DNA of 63,756 bases, filler included, from Parasitella parasitica NRRL 2501 (Eukaryota > Fungi > Mucoromycota), in NCBI GenBank assembly GCA_025201805.1. It is 15 parts of 15 records of this genome, joined end to end, with 100 filler letters (N's around TTAATTAATTAA, not from the genome) between each part and the next. Parts side by side here need not be neighbours in the genome. Positions count along the whole stretch, not along the records: positions 34,481 to 38,067 come from MU619410.1; positions 38,168 to 46,278 come from MU619244.1; positions 46,379 to 48,983 come from MU619352.1; positions 49,084 to 62,491 come from MU619459.1; 11 more parts are not named here. The stretch is one strand, 5' to 3'. The notes below the pieces were generated by a model that did no database searches, had not been told where the DNA came from, and worked only from the letters and a program-made list of their open reading frames with translations. Below are positions 34,796 to 54,146 of the stretch, one piece after another. A program made the translations under genes and the position numbers. Positions within the stretch are counted from its first letter, which is position 1; each line of letters opens with the position of its first letter.

Positions 34796-36225
34796 GATCC
34801 TTAATAAATATTATAATCCTGCCCAAAATCATAGTATCAATTACAATACCAACATATCGAAATCTCAACTACAATACAAGTGTAGAGAGAATGTCAACAA
34901 AAGGCATTTTTCAAATAAGTTGTAAAATAAGCATTCCCAGTGTAATGAGGCTATCTGGCATGTAGTATAATAAATACAAGCTCTTTTAAAGAACATATAT
35001 TCTTTCTTCAGTTTTCTTTGAATCGAAAATAAATGTGGAAAGGCTATAATTGTATTACTTTGGCTTTATGTTTACATAAAATTGATCCCAATATTATTGG
35101 AACTATATAAACCATCATATTCTCCATGTAATAAACAAGATCTTTACCTGATTAATTCCCCAACGTTTTATTTGAATAAGTTCTCATTCTGATAAATCAA
35201 TAATCATTAAATCGTAGAGCATCATCCAGACTTTTTAATTGAATTTCCATACGTTCTATTACCTTTGAATAAAACAAGGTCCTTCCTATATTTTAATGTT
35301 AAATGAAAGTTGCGCTAATAGCGTTATGCAAAAAGCCCAATAGGCTACTCACCTTGAAAAAAAAACAAGTCATCAACTCTTTTCGCGTACACAATACGTA
35401 ACAAAGCAAATTTTTTCCATTCTTTTCTTTTCCTTTCCTTAGTCATTCAGTGTTCGAAACCTCTGTATATTTGGTGGTGCTGTACAGCTGGTGAGAGCCG
35501 CTTGGCAATCTTCTTCTGACTCCGGTGTCAACTGAAGATGTTACCATACCACAAGCCGTATATTTTTATGATTCGGTTGCCTTTGCATACTAGCATTAGA
35601 TTTGCTGGCAGGCAAATTGCTAGAGCCTTTTGTTGACTCATGAAGAACTGCGAGCTCATGTTTAACATTTGTCTACTTAACGCGGCTGGTCCAGCTATGT
35701 ACATGGAATGACATCTAATTGATTGTCATGTGGGCATTTGGCCCTGTTCTATACATTTGGTTTTATTGGGATATCTAGCGGTACTCTGATAATATCGTAT
35801 GTATGGGTAGCTTGCTACCTACTTGGCTGCTGTGCTAGTGATGGTTGACTGATTTGGGGAAGAGGAGGGGGACGGACTGTAGTAGTGGCCCTTATAGTCT
35901 TGAACCTTGGGATCATACTGCTACTTTGACCTTCACGCTGGTTGATCCTGTTAGTATCATAGTTATATGAGAACCAACAAGAGTAGCATTTTAAAGTAAA
36001 AAAAAAGAAAAAAAATTATAAAATTTAACAGATTTTAATAAAGATGAAAATTTTGCACATGGTGGTAGCTAGATTTATAGCATTAATACAAACGGATAGC
36101 CTTCTAAATAAAGTTGCTCCAATCAATGTGGTTGTTTTACATTGTTGTGGAAATGGTAAGTCAATCACTTAGTGCAGGATACGAGAAGCGCTTAAGAGCA
36201 ACCATAGAAAATAAATTCGGAGTAT

Positions 36226-36570
36226 ATGCCGCGTATTTTTGAACCTGTTGATTGTGATTCCAAATGGGTTACTCCAAGTACTAGGCTCAATATTCTGATC
36301 AGGGAATCCAAATATGCTGACACGGCTGCAAATGTCGAAAAAAAGAAAAATATGCACAGGTTCTACAAGAGCCAGCTCAACAATTTCACTTTGTCAGAGT
36401 GCCATAACCTCGCTGCTAAGATTAGAGAGGTCTATGGTGAAAGCACCTTCTGGAGTCAAATTGATGATAGAATTAGAACGAAATATAGCAATTGGTATTC
36501 TTTAGAAAAATGCATTTAGCAGTGGACCGCAACTGCTTTTCTTTCAAAATCTTTTGAAAACAACTATAAT
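36226..36570 (+). pseudogene. Relic homolog of the CACTA accessory ORF at 18228-18610
   Basis: FWSQIDD...Y...SLEKCI*QWTATAFLSKSF aligns with YWKDVDD...Y...AIHLCKKQWCARNLLSQGF; one in-frame stop. Confidence 0.5.
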
Positions 36571-36790
36571 TTAGAGATAATTATATTAAATACATTGACC
36601 CCCGGACTGATAATAGTATCTTTCTAGTTACCCTCCTAAAAATCCAAGAAGGAAAAAAAGCGACAAAGGGTTCTATCAGGGATCTACGGCCTTATTAGAT
36701 AATCAGGGACAGAATACTAAGAGAAGATATGCAGAAGTTTATTTCAAACAAGGAGGCTATGATTTAATAAGGGAAAGATGGAAAAAGATA

Positions 36791-38067
36791 CTGTGCTTCC
36801 ACTCCCAATTTACCGAATTTTTGAAAACTTCGCTCACTTTTTTGAATTGTTTTGGACATTTAATTTGACCAGATGTTCGACCAATTTTATGAAAATAAAT
36901 TGACCACTTTTTGGTGAAAAATAAAAGTGATTATATAGCTTTATTAATGCATTTTGGAAAAATATCGATTGAGTGTTGAATAAAATTTTGTAAATGCTCA
37001 ACGGGAACATCTTCGCTGCCCTCTATAACTCTGGAAGTAAGAGTTTCAACATCACTAAGCTTGCCTCTTTTGACTTCGTCCTTTAAAACTTTCCAAAAGT
37101 TTCAATAGGATTCAGCTCAGGCGACTTGGGTGGTAAATATACAGGTATATACCCTCTTTCTTTGATAATAGGTCAATAACTCCCGGGATATGGATGGAGC
37201 ATTGTTCATTACAATATGGAAGCCTTTTATACTGGGAAATTCATCCATGATATCCAACGTATCGCTGATAAAATGTATAAAATGTACAGCTGTAGTGCGT
37301 TTGGGAATAGCTGAGACAGCATCTCCAGTGACCTTACGTTTTGTAGCGCCAACAACTTTTCTTTTTTTGACATTTCCTGGCTCTCTCATACTTACATTTA
37401 CTACACCAAATGCTGAAATAGCACCGATAATTGTATGGGAAACCCCCCTCGCAGAAGGTGACTCGATGACTGCCTCAGTACCACCTTCTGACCAAGCTCT
37501 TGAACGACGCATGTTAATGTCAAAACCTGCCTCGTCAAGAAAGACATAGTTTTGCATAAAAAGCATGCCCTTTTGAACCCATTTGGCACGGGCCTCCAAA
37601 GTTGTTTTGCTGTTTCTTGCCTGAGGGTGGCGAGTAACAACTTTTATGCTCAGGTTGCACTCTTCTTTCATGAACTCAGCAACCCTACTTTTCTTAATTT
37701 CTAAGCCTTCAAAGCTTCTCGTTAAATCTTCCACTGCGTCTTGGATGACTGCGGATGGGTTTTCATCAAAGAAGGAGGTGATATGTTCCTTATGGCTCTC
37801 GTTTAGCTTACGTTTATGACAGATAGGAGCGCGGTTTGTTTTTTTTAAAAGGGATGTTGTGATCTGGATCTTTCTTGTAAACTGCTTTCCATTTTCGAGC
37901 AGTTTCATGATTAACATTAGCCAGTTTTGCAGCTTCTGCTGGTTTCATAAGTTTTTCCTGAATAAAAAAGAAGTATCGCAATCGGTCTTCGGTGGTGTAA
38001 ACATTGTGCTCTAATAGCCTTGCATTTTTTGTAGGTGCTTCTTGCATATCAGTGTCTTTCGGTTCTT
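36791..38067 (-). mobile_element. IS630-Tc1-mariner transposon with a frameshifted DDE transposase and one terminus
   Basis: HTH region AEAAKLANVNHETARKW; VFLDEAGF; IVMNNAP; PELNPIE-like region near 37115. The terminus CTGTGCTTCCACTCCC follows a TA at 36789-36790. Confidence 0.88.
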
Positions 38068-38203
38068 NNNNNNNNNNNNNNNNNNNNNNNNNNNNNNNNN
38101 NNNNNNNNNNNTTAATTAATTAANNNNNNNNNNNNNNNNNNNNNNNNNNNNNNNNNNNNNNNNNNNNAAAAAAAAAAAAAAAAGTGATGCAGCGTGATGA
38201 GGG

Positions 38204-38512
38204 TTAAAAGATCAATACATACCGCAATTGCTTTGAGAAGTCATCTTCAATATCGTCATCATCCCAGTTGTCTTCCCAGAAATGGGCATCATTCTGGTCC
38301 TCTTCATTCTCTCCCCAATCTACATCAAAAGCCTTAGCTACATTGCGCAGTCGCCCTCTTTCCAATGATTTACCTTCAGCAGTGAATTCTTCAAATTCAT
38401 CATCTTCTTCAAGGGCGCCAAGCTGAGCCAAGTTATTCTTTGATTGCTCGTCAGTCAACTTTTGCTGTTGCTGCTGTTGCTGCTGTTGTTGCGGTTGTTG
38501 GGCACTAGACAT
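38204..38512 (-). CDS. SEM1: 26S proteasome lid subunit Sem1/DSS1 (spliced; last exon lost in the gap)
   Basis: [17 protein letters not shown]...[20 protein letters not shown]. Confidence 0.95.
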   Translation of the reverse strand: MSSAQQPQQQQQQQQQQKLTDEQSKNNLAQLGALEEDDEFEEFTAEGKSLERGRLRNVAKAFDVDWGENEEDQNDAHFWEDNWDDDDIEDDFSKQLRYVLIF

Positions 38513-39390
38513 TTTGTATTATGAGATTAACGTATATCTATGAGAGAAAAAACAAAAGCTTGGTTGGAAAAATGTTGCTTGTCTTAAATAGAGGACGAAA
38601 CGCGTATCCATCTTCTTTTCTGTGACGACTCGAAGGTTCCAAAAATGACGTACCCTCAACAAGTAGCAATACAACACATCGAGTTACCAAACTAGAAGGC
38701 CTAAAGAATTTGACAAACTTGGTGTGGAGCAAGGCATAACCTATTCAAAGCTCACACGACTTTTTAGGATCTCTTTCATACGATGTTTCAACACTAGTTT
38801 TATGTTTAGAGCTGAAATTCAGGATCTTTATAATACAACGTGAGAATTCAGGTCAGCTTTTCTTCCGACAGAGCACATCTGGATATATTTCAGGTGTTGT
38901 AAATGGTTGCATTCACTCCCAACATTGCTTATAGAGGGGGTCCAAAAGTCATTTTGACATCACAAATCAAGCGAGCTAGATTGAGCAAAGAATTTACAGC
39001 ATATACAGGCAATTTTTGAGCATATAAACATATATGCATTTATATTGTAGGTAGATGGAAAGATATACACTGTTTATGTTGAAGCGCTCAAATTTGAAGA
39101 AATGAGCCGAATTTGCAGTTCTCTTAAATTCGAAAATATTGGCTTACTAGATGTAGAGGTGTTTAAGCTTAAAGGACAATGCTTTAATTTTATTTGATAT
39201 TTTAATTTTGGCAGAGAGAAAAATCTAGAGTGATATTTGCTTTTGTGTAATAAGTTTTTGTTTTGTTTTTCTTTTTTTTTTGTAAAGAGTGCAAAATGAC
39301 TATGTATAAGCGTAGATTGGGAGGTTATAGTAACTACAAGGCGAAAGAAGAGAGGCATGCTGAGAGGGAACAATGAGAGAAAATGCAAAT

Positions 39391-40718
<1,328 letters not shown>

Positions 40719-40873
40719 TTTTCAAAGAAAAAAAAAGTTTAAGTTGGACAGACAAGAAGAAGAAAAGTGCACGAGGAGAGAAATCTGAAAGGTTTTTTAA
40801 AGATCCAGGAAAGCGCTAAAGCAGTCCATGGACTAGCATATCATCGATTTGCTATAACACTACAATTTACCAA

Positions 40874-40882
40874 ATGACTCAC
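40874..40882. promoter_or_regulatory. Gcn4/CpcA-type element ATGACTCAC upstream of DAHP synthase
   Basis: TGACTCA core ~155 bp upstream of the ATG of an amino-acid biosynthesis gene. Confidence 0.55.
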
Positions 40883-41282
40883 ATAAACTCATCCAATTTT
40901 CTCGCCGATTCAAGTCTGGTTATTTTTACACATGTCAAGCAGGATCTCTTTCTTTTGTGTAGCCTTGTACCTTTTCTTTCTAGCCCAGAAGCTAAAGCTG
41001 CAGAAATATTCTAAAAGCTGAAAACAAATAAACACTAGGAAATGACCCGAGTTTTGGTAATTTGAAAATGCAAACATACCCGAGGGTGTTTTTTTTTTTT
41101 TTTTAAATGTATAAACTACTTGATACAAGCCAATGTGACGTTAATAACGCAGCACACATTTATATGCATATGAATGCATTCAGTAAAATACTTCTATATA
41201 TAATGCTCATCCTCTCTTTTTTTTTTCTCTCTCTCTCTCCCCCTCTCTCTCCGTTTCTTTCTCTTGATTATACAACCACATT

Positions 41283-44074
<2,792 letters not shown>

Positions 44075-44238
44075 TAAAAATAGAAGCAATTTATTAATGT
44101 TTCACGCTGGTCTGTGTAATTCTTATAAAAGAGCATTTGGGCAAACAATGAAAGTTTCTCTTTTCTTCTCGTTTGATTCCCTTTTTTTTTTTTTGCTTTT
44201 TTTTTCTTTGCTAAAACCCCCCCCCCCCACGCAAGATA

Positions 44239-45730
44239 ATGTCTTCTGTATCAGTCTCTTCAAACGGCATAGGTGTAGCAAACCTCCCAAACCAAAAGCA
44301 CAAGATCATCTCGGGTAAAGGCACCAACTTTACCTTGATGGTGTGCGGCGAATCCGGACTCGGTAAAAGCACATTCATCAACACACTGTTTACAACCACC
44401 ATCAAAAACTACAAATCCCCAGAAAAAAGACATGACAAGCAGCTGGACAAAACTGTCGAAATTGAAATCACAAAAGCAGGTATGTGTGCAAAATGCAAGA
44501 GAAAGAGCTAGGCCCTAAAGCGCAGGTCTACAGAGCTGGAGGAAAAGATGTTCAAAGTAAAGCTATCAGTGGTTGACACACCAGGGTTTGGCGATTATAT
44601 TAATAATAGAGATAGTTGGCTACCCATTATTGATTTCATCGACGATCAGCATGAAAACTACATGAGACAGGAACAGCAGCCCTCTCGCCAAGGTAAAGTA
44701 GACATGCGTGTCCATGCTTGTCTTTACTTTATTAGTCCAAATGGACACAGGTACTACATTTTATTAGAACAGAAAAACTGGTTTAACCTAATCCTGTGTA
44801 ATGTGTGATAGATTAAAGCCACTAGATATCGAACTTATGAAAAGACTTGGCTCCCGGGTCAATCTAATTCCTGTCATTGCCAAAGCAGACACTTTGACTT
44901 CGGATGGTTTACAGAAATTCAAGCAGCATGTAAGGATATTCTCATTATATAAATATATTTATATATATATATGTATATATATATATATTGACCAACAAAC
45001 CCTCAGGTGCGTGAATCAATTAGCAAGAACAATATCACCATATTTTCATCCGCTGTTGAAAGCGAAGACGAAGAAACAACGGCCCGCAACCAAAGCATCG
45101 CAAGTGCATCGCCTTACTCCATTATTGGCTCGACCGAGACTGTCCAAACTGCAGACGGTAGACAAGTAAGAGGCCGTGAGTACAGCTGGGGTGTCGCTGA
45201 AGTAGAAAACGACAATCATTGCGACTTTAAAAAGCTTCGAAACCTGCTGGTCCGTACTCATATGCTCGACTTGATCTCGTCTACCGAGGAAATTCACTAT
45301 GAGCACTACAGACAACAAGAGATGGCCACTCGTAAGTTTGGCGAACCAAAGTAAGTTTAATATAAAAACATGTATAATACAATTGAATCTAAACCCGCCG
45401 TTTCGCATGTTTTAATAGACTCAAGAAGAGTGAAAATCCCAAGCTCCGCGAAAAGGAAGAAGCAGTGAGAAAGACATTTACCGAAAAAGTCAAAAGTGAG
45501 GAAGCTCGATTCCGTCAATGGGAACAGCAGGTAATGAAAATCTTTTAAATTTTTTTTTTCTCCCCGTTATTACACTGGTGTTCTAATCCATTCGTGCACA
45601 GTTGATCAGCGAAAGAGATCGATTGAACAAGGATTTGGAAAGTCAGCATGCAAACATCAAGAAACTTGAAGCAGATTTGAATCATTTGTATCGACAAGGA
45701 GGAGGACGTAGTCAGACAGTGAGAAGATGA
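44239..45730 (+). CDS. CDC12: Septin, Cdc12/AspC type, multi-exon
   Basis: [50 protein letters not shown] and a C-terminal coiled coil. Confidence 0.9.
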
Positions 45731-47091
45731 TCAGGAAACTATGGCCTGGTGTCGTCGTTTTTGGGAGGTTTTTTTTTTATATTATTATCTAGCACTTATT
45801 TTATTCGTATATCTTAATAAATTATTCTATTCATACCTGTTGGCCATCATTATCATTGCCTCGATGCTCAGTAATCTTTCTGGCTGATCAATTCGAATTG
45901 AACATCTAAAAGCAGTTTCATATTGCATCACGCTAACTTTTTATTATCCGTTTTGCGGATTTGCACAAACATCCTGGTATTACTTGGATCATCTGTGAGA
46001 TCGCAAGAACAAAAATTGCTCACATCAAGTCTCCAGCGCAAAAACAAAAAATTCGACTTTTCTATACAGGATTTTTACAACTTGCCAAGTTAAATGTACC
46101 TGTATACATTGCTAGTGATGCAAGAATAATGTTCACAATAGAAGGGAGGTTTCCAGGTCTTGGAACCCCGTAATTCAGCTACATTGGAGCAATGTACAGT
46201 TGGGTACATCATAGAAAGATTCAAATGCATGCAATCCACAAAGAGTTATTCTTTATGCTTCTTTTTTTTTTTTTTTTTNNNNNNNNNNNNNNNNNNNNNN
46301 NNNNNNNNNNNNNNNNNNNNNNTTAATTAATTAANNNNNNNNNNNNNNNNNNNNNNNNNNNNNNNNNNNNNNNNNNNNGCAATTTGTGTTCATTATTGCT
46401 GGTACTATACTTTGTACCGCTTTGATTCTGGGTAAAGTCGATTTTTTTCCTTAAAGACAGTGAATAATACATACGTTTTCTAAAAGACCATAACTAACAC
46501 TCTCATGCACATTTTTTATAGTACCTATTACAAGAAAACAATATACAGGATGGCGTGTTTCTAGTGCAATAGTTCATTCAGGTATTATCATTTATTATGA
46601 TTTTGTGAGAGTTTTCTTACTAATTGAAAAGTTTACATTTGTAGTTTTAGTTCTCTCTTGATGTCAAGTGGATAGCCTATCATTGAAACTTGACATTAGC
46701 TTTTTATCCGGGTCATACAGGAGCATGTAGGCTGTTTCTACTCATCGACTGTGCTTACCCTAGCAGTTTTTGAGACGGGCCATTTTATCCGAAGCTGCAA
46801 AGTGTGGTAAGGCATTTTTCGGTTATTGAGGGGGGGTATTCATTGAAATTCTACCAATTTCTATTTTTGGTCTAATTTCAAGTTCCGCCTAACATCAAAA
46901 CAGGGGGAAACCCTGTTTTTTTGTTTTTAAGATTTTGGGGTTGACTTAGCCAAATTAATCGCTCGATTTATAATTTTTCAGCACTTTTTTTTTTGATAAA
47001 AAACATAATAAACACGACTAAAAAATAAATCGTAATCTTCCCACTTTACTTGAATATCGAGGCTTTCATATCAATAGCATGCCATAGACCT

Positions 47092-48680
47092 TGTAGCAAG
47101 ATCAAGGGGTTAAAAACCAATGTGCGTGGTAAATCAGGGATTTACACCGCATGCTCTATATACAAATCTTGGTTACACTTGTGTATGATGATGACGTTAG
47201 CAGATAATTAATGTTAGTTTATATAAGTACATCCAGAGGATGTATTTTTAATAAAGTGTAACTCTTTGGCAGATTCATTTTACTAACTTATTTTTGACAT
47301 AACACTTTTTTGAATTACCTTAACATTTTTTATACTTTCACAATTGTCATGAACTACGCCTGTCAAAGTATATCAAGAATTCATGCAGATCGAGATTATG
47401 TCATTGTGTAGATCACATGTGATTCATGCGTACTCAAGCACTGCATAATCATAAACCATGTAATGTTCCACAGTTCAAGACAAACACCAATCAAGACTTA
47501 TGCCAAGCTTCTCATGTTTCGATATCCCACACCAAGTGAAACCAACACCAATCAAGACTCACGCCAAGCAATCAATGTTACCCACGACTCTTCCCGACTG
47601 AAACCTACACCATTGAGCTCATGCCCCACGAATCAGGTAACCAAACCTTACGCAGGTCCCATGTGTTTATGTAACGGAACTGCATCTAGTTCCCATGTAA
47701 TTATTAGTAATCGTGTTTCATATCGAAAGATATAAATACGATTCACTTTCATAACTCTTTCCTTTCCTTGTCAATTATCCTAAGTCTATTTTCAATATCA
47801 AGTCTTTATAATAAACACACTCACAGAATCAATTATCTTGCCAAGCTCACAGTTCCTGACAACAATTACGATGAACTCTCAACAAAACAACAAGACTGAA
47901 ACTTACGCTGCTATTGCAGCACGCGCTGTTGGCTCACGCCAAGCTACTTCTCGCCGAAGCAACTCGCTTGCATCTGGTAAGCGTTCACGTTGTTCATCCG
48001 ACGTGAATGTGGACTCTGACAACCAAATGTCTGAAAGACAGGAAGGTCGTCCTAGCTCCGTACCGAGCAATATTGCTGCTTTACGTGAAGCTGAATTCGA
48101 TGAAAATATCGAGAGGGAATTAAGCGATGAGGCTATTCCTGTTTACACGCGCTCTGTAATGAGTGATAGTGTCGAGTGGGATCTCTTGTTGCATCAAGAG
48201 ATGAGCCCTCTAGATGAGGAGCACCGACGCCGTCAATTTTACCATGCTCTTATGGTATTGAAAGACGATCTTACAGGGCATCGCATTTGGCGATGATGAA
48301 CCCTGATAATGAGGCATATGCCAATTGTGCAAAAGCATTGGAAAAACACTTTGAGATAATCAAGTCTAACTACAATGTGTTGTTTGCAGACTTGCTCAAG
48401 AAGACAGTTTCTCCTCCTACTCCCACGGCAGGACAGGGCTTGATTGTGCCCACTGATACCCTTTGTTGCAATGGAAGAAGGGTGAGATTGTGGATAGTAG
48501 TAGCAAGCGTGTCTTTACTACTATGGACAAATGTCTGTTCAGATTCAGGGATGTTTTTGAGCGATGTGGTCTAGACATCGATTCTAACTGGCAAGGGATT
48601 ATTAAACCTCAAATGCCTGCCAACATGGCTACATGGACTCGTGCATTGATCAAGGAATCTCCCAAGATGAATTGGTCATG
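47092..48680 (+). mobile_element. Degenerate Ty3/Gypsy 5' portion (LTR plus frameshifted gag) with nested insertions
   Basis: LTR-like 47092-47304 (related sequence at ~49560-49656). Gag-like frames 47871-48680 (LQWK.G...VF.T...CL.RF.DV....GLDIDSNW) are cut by another TG-starting repeat. Confidence 0.6.
47345..47861. repeat. Solo LTR with TSD
   Basis: TGTCATGAACT...AGTTCCTGACA terminal inverted repeat; ACAAT on both sides. Confidence 0.9.
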
Positions 48681-51188
48681 ATGTGAATTACTGGCAGTCT
48701 TTCACACATCATATTGAATTAGTAAAGCAGATCTTAGTTCTTGACTAAGATCCTGAGAATAAAGCATTAATAATAATAATTATACCATTAATATTATACA
48801 TTTAAAGACGATTGTACAACTTGTACTCCACATTAATCAAACACTGCTTACTGCTTTCCCATGAAGCTTAATTTAATCAAGATCAAGTTATTACATTAGT
48901 AACTTGAATTCACTATATTTTACTTTACTATAAATAAGATGAAGTTCAAGGAGCTAACCAGAACTTCACTTACATTTTAACTTNNNNNNNNNNNNNNNNN
49001 NNNNNNNNNNNNNNNNNNNNNNNNNNNTTAATTAATTAANNNNNNNNNNNNNNNNNNNNNNNNNNNNNNNNNNNNNNNNNNNNTGTAGCCCTTGCTGTAT
49101 AACCTCATATCGTACCCTGTCAAGTAGATTGTCACTGTGAATTAGTCTTGTCAATTAGTAATCTAAATAAGTCACCATAAATTTATGTAGTTGTAAAAAG
49201 TATAAATAGCAGATGCAATTTCGATCTTAAATAAAGTATCTTTAGTTTTCGTATCTCGTTAACCTTTGGTTTTTTTATTATCTTTTTGATCCAACACTGA
49301 GAATGTCTCATCTTAGATATATATATGGAATTATGCTTCATACTTGAAATAAATCGAACTTTCTTACGTTTAAAATTCTGTCATATATAATTATTTGCTA
49401 TTCTATCGCTGAGATACTATACTATCCTAGTTATTCGACATAATATGTTATATCAATAACATGGCAAGGTCTCACATCAGGATCTCAGATCAGTCCCAGG
49501 GTCTTACAGTAAATCATGGGTAGTCATGATTCACATTATACAGTTAGACAATAGAACCCTAGTGTTATGAACGTGTATATAATACATCGAAAGATATATT
49601 ATGAATAAAAGTGTAATTCTTTGGCAGATTTATTTTATCAGACTTTTGACGTAACAGTCTGATAGGTCAAAGGGCTCTAATGGCGTAATCTGGAGCTATA
49701 TCAATTGGTATGATCCTATTATATGATCAATACCTATATGATCTGTTGTAAGAGATTGAGGTACTAGATATCAACAATAATAGGCAACTAATATTGTTAG
49801 GATACATTTAATGGAATTGGGTTATTCATAAATATATGAAGGAAGAAGAGCAGATAAATTTACTAAAATACATTGATCTGAATGATTAACGTATCTATAT
49901 GTGTTTTAGGAAGATTTTAAAAAATTGACACTTGCATGCCAGTTATGCAATGATCTCTTGGTTCATTACACAAACACAATTATCTTGAAATGATATGCAC
50001 TATATTTTCTACTAAACAAAATAAAGACTATAGATGTCACCGTTGAGATGTATAGCTCTATATACGTATATGCAACTTTTATTTCACCATGAGTCATAAA
50101 CATTTACCAAATTTACAGTATGTGCCGTGTGATTTTTGCTGCATAAGCCTTATGCTTCTGATGTATACTCTCAAATACGTTTCATAAGGCATATACTTAT
50201 GGCTAGATACCAAATTCAGATGTATTATGAATTACAAACTTGTACAATATATGCAATGATATAGACATGCTGAAGATGGATATCCAATGACCAATTAATG
50301 CTATATTACTGGAAGTAATATAAGATCAAGATTAATAATTTTCATCTAAACGATTGATCAGGGTAACTTTTATGAAGTCTATCTCCCCACTCACAAAGAT
50401 CTAAATCATCGTTAGTCTGCTGAAAAGTCATTTAACACGAAATCGAGGTGTTAGTTATTGTCTTGTGTTTTAATTTATGATAGTAGAGCATTTATCTACA
50501 GCTAAGGTATACGATATCCCTAGCAAGTAAAGGAGCTGGGGCTTTAAACAGCTACCAACTTGATAGTAAAACCCACGTTTTAATAAAATGGACATCCATG
50601 TCTATTTTGCGTGCCTATCTCTCCTCCAAAGCTTCCTGTTGTTTAGACTTATCGAGTGCTTATGCTAATGTACGCTATATACATTGCACACAAATCGTAC
50701 AGCTGGACTCATACCTGCATTCTCAAAATTTTGTGCAATAAACGATATTTTACTACTCACATTTCCTTCAGTCTGTTGCAGGCGGTGCATCTAACAGACA
50801 TTATTTACTCAACAATCGGCATAAAACACAACGGACATGTTTACCGCCGCGGTCAAAGTTACCGATTTCGCTAATTTTATTGAAAATATACTATTATTTC
50901 AATCATATTTATGTTTCTACGTGCTGGCGTTACTGATTTCATTATATATAAAGTGCATACAGTTATTCTATTATCTATATCATGTTGTAAGTTTTCTCGC
51001 AAGATGTAATCAATGTTGGCCTTAGAAACTTTTGGACCTGAATTTAATTCGATTAGCTAGTTTTGGTGGAGTCAACGACAATGTTCTATTTAAATCTTTC
51101 GGTTTTTACTAGATATAAAAATCATTGTTTTCTGACGAATACCTCTCTATCAAATATTATACATACTTAACAACGATAAAAAAAAATC

Positions 51189-51686
51189 ATGATTGGAATC
51201 GATAATTATCTCGCCGTTGGGTCAGTAAAGAGCGCATGGATCTCTCTCTACATCCTCTTTATTGTTTGGGGTATTCTCTACATGCTCCGTCCTCTCTTTG
51301 ACAGCAGTTCTGAAGTGTCTGATGCAGAGTACGATGAAAATAAATGCAGCAGTTTCATGGTGGGTATTTTTACTTTTAGGTGGCATTGTACAGTATATCA
51401 TCTAACAAACGGTCCGATCTTAATCATGTAGTCTCGTATCAGTAAAGCCTATGATGTTGTCAGGGACAACATGCTTATGCAATTGTTTGCATTGTCTCTC
51501 AACGCTTTTGGAGCTGCGTCTACCAAGGCTTTGTCAGTTCTCTCTTGGATTTTCTTTGCGTTAACTATCATCTATGCGATTGCTGTCTTGTTTATTCAGC
51601 AAAAGATGATCCGTGCTGCATTTGGAGTTGTTTTCTTTGTATTGACATTGATAATGACCTCTCTTGCTTTCAAGCATGGATGGTAA
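51189..51686 (+). CDS. Small multi-pass membrane protein, 141 aa, 2 exons, unknown function
   Basis: Exons 51189-51359 and 51432-51686 joined in frame by a GT-AG intron; about four hydrophobic helices. Confidence 0.75.
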
Positions 51687-52244
51687 TGCCAGTACCATTA
51701 TTCTCCAAATATATATCTAAAAAAATTAAACTTTATACTTGCCATCTCAATAAATAATGAAAAAATCAAGAATATTAGATGATTAGTTATTATTAAAAGC
51801 GATTCATCAAAAAATAGCTCAACTAAAGGCTAAATAGCCTTGGCCCATCAAGCTATCAGATTACCAGACTTTTTAATATGCAAGACTAGAAATTATCCCG
51901 ATCAATTATGGATGAGCTGTGAGCAGCAATTGCAGCATGCGTTTCATACGGTTATATACATCAGGATCCAGTCAGTTCAGCACAATTGACCTCTGGCTTT
52001 CGTGTGTAGATATAAAGAAGAGTAGTACTTTTCATAACATTACTCAAGATTGGACAGGCCTTTAGGATTTCAAGACTAATCGGCATTTACGGGTCTTGCC
52101 AAGAAGTTGATGATATGTGAAGGCTGATTTTTATGTTCTTGTCCAAAAAAAAAAAAAAAAAAATAAAAAAAAATAAGTATACAATAAATCTAAAATGAAA
52201 GAATAGATAACTGAACGAGGGGAGGGGTGGTGGTGGCAAGGCTG

Positions 52245-53818
<1,574 letters not shown>

Positions 53819-54146
53819 AGAAACAAAATACGCGCCACTAGGAATCAAAGAAANNNNNNNNNNAAAAAAAAAAAAAGAGTGTTGTAAAAGGAGGAAACTT
53901 TTTATAATTTTTTTGCGTGGCAATAAAATGCTGGTGGGACCAAAGTGCACGTAGTTTAGGGAGATAATCAAGTAGGTTGAGTGGTGTCACTTTGGTTGTA
54001 ATGCAATTAATTGGCAAAAGAGAGGTTTCACATGGCTGCTGGCTGCTGCTGCCAAAATCCCTATCGAAAACTCCATCAATCGATGTGGCAAAATCCGGGA
54101 AGCATCTGGTCATGCAAACACACACACACAGTTTATTGTATATGCA

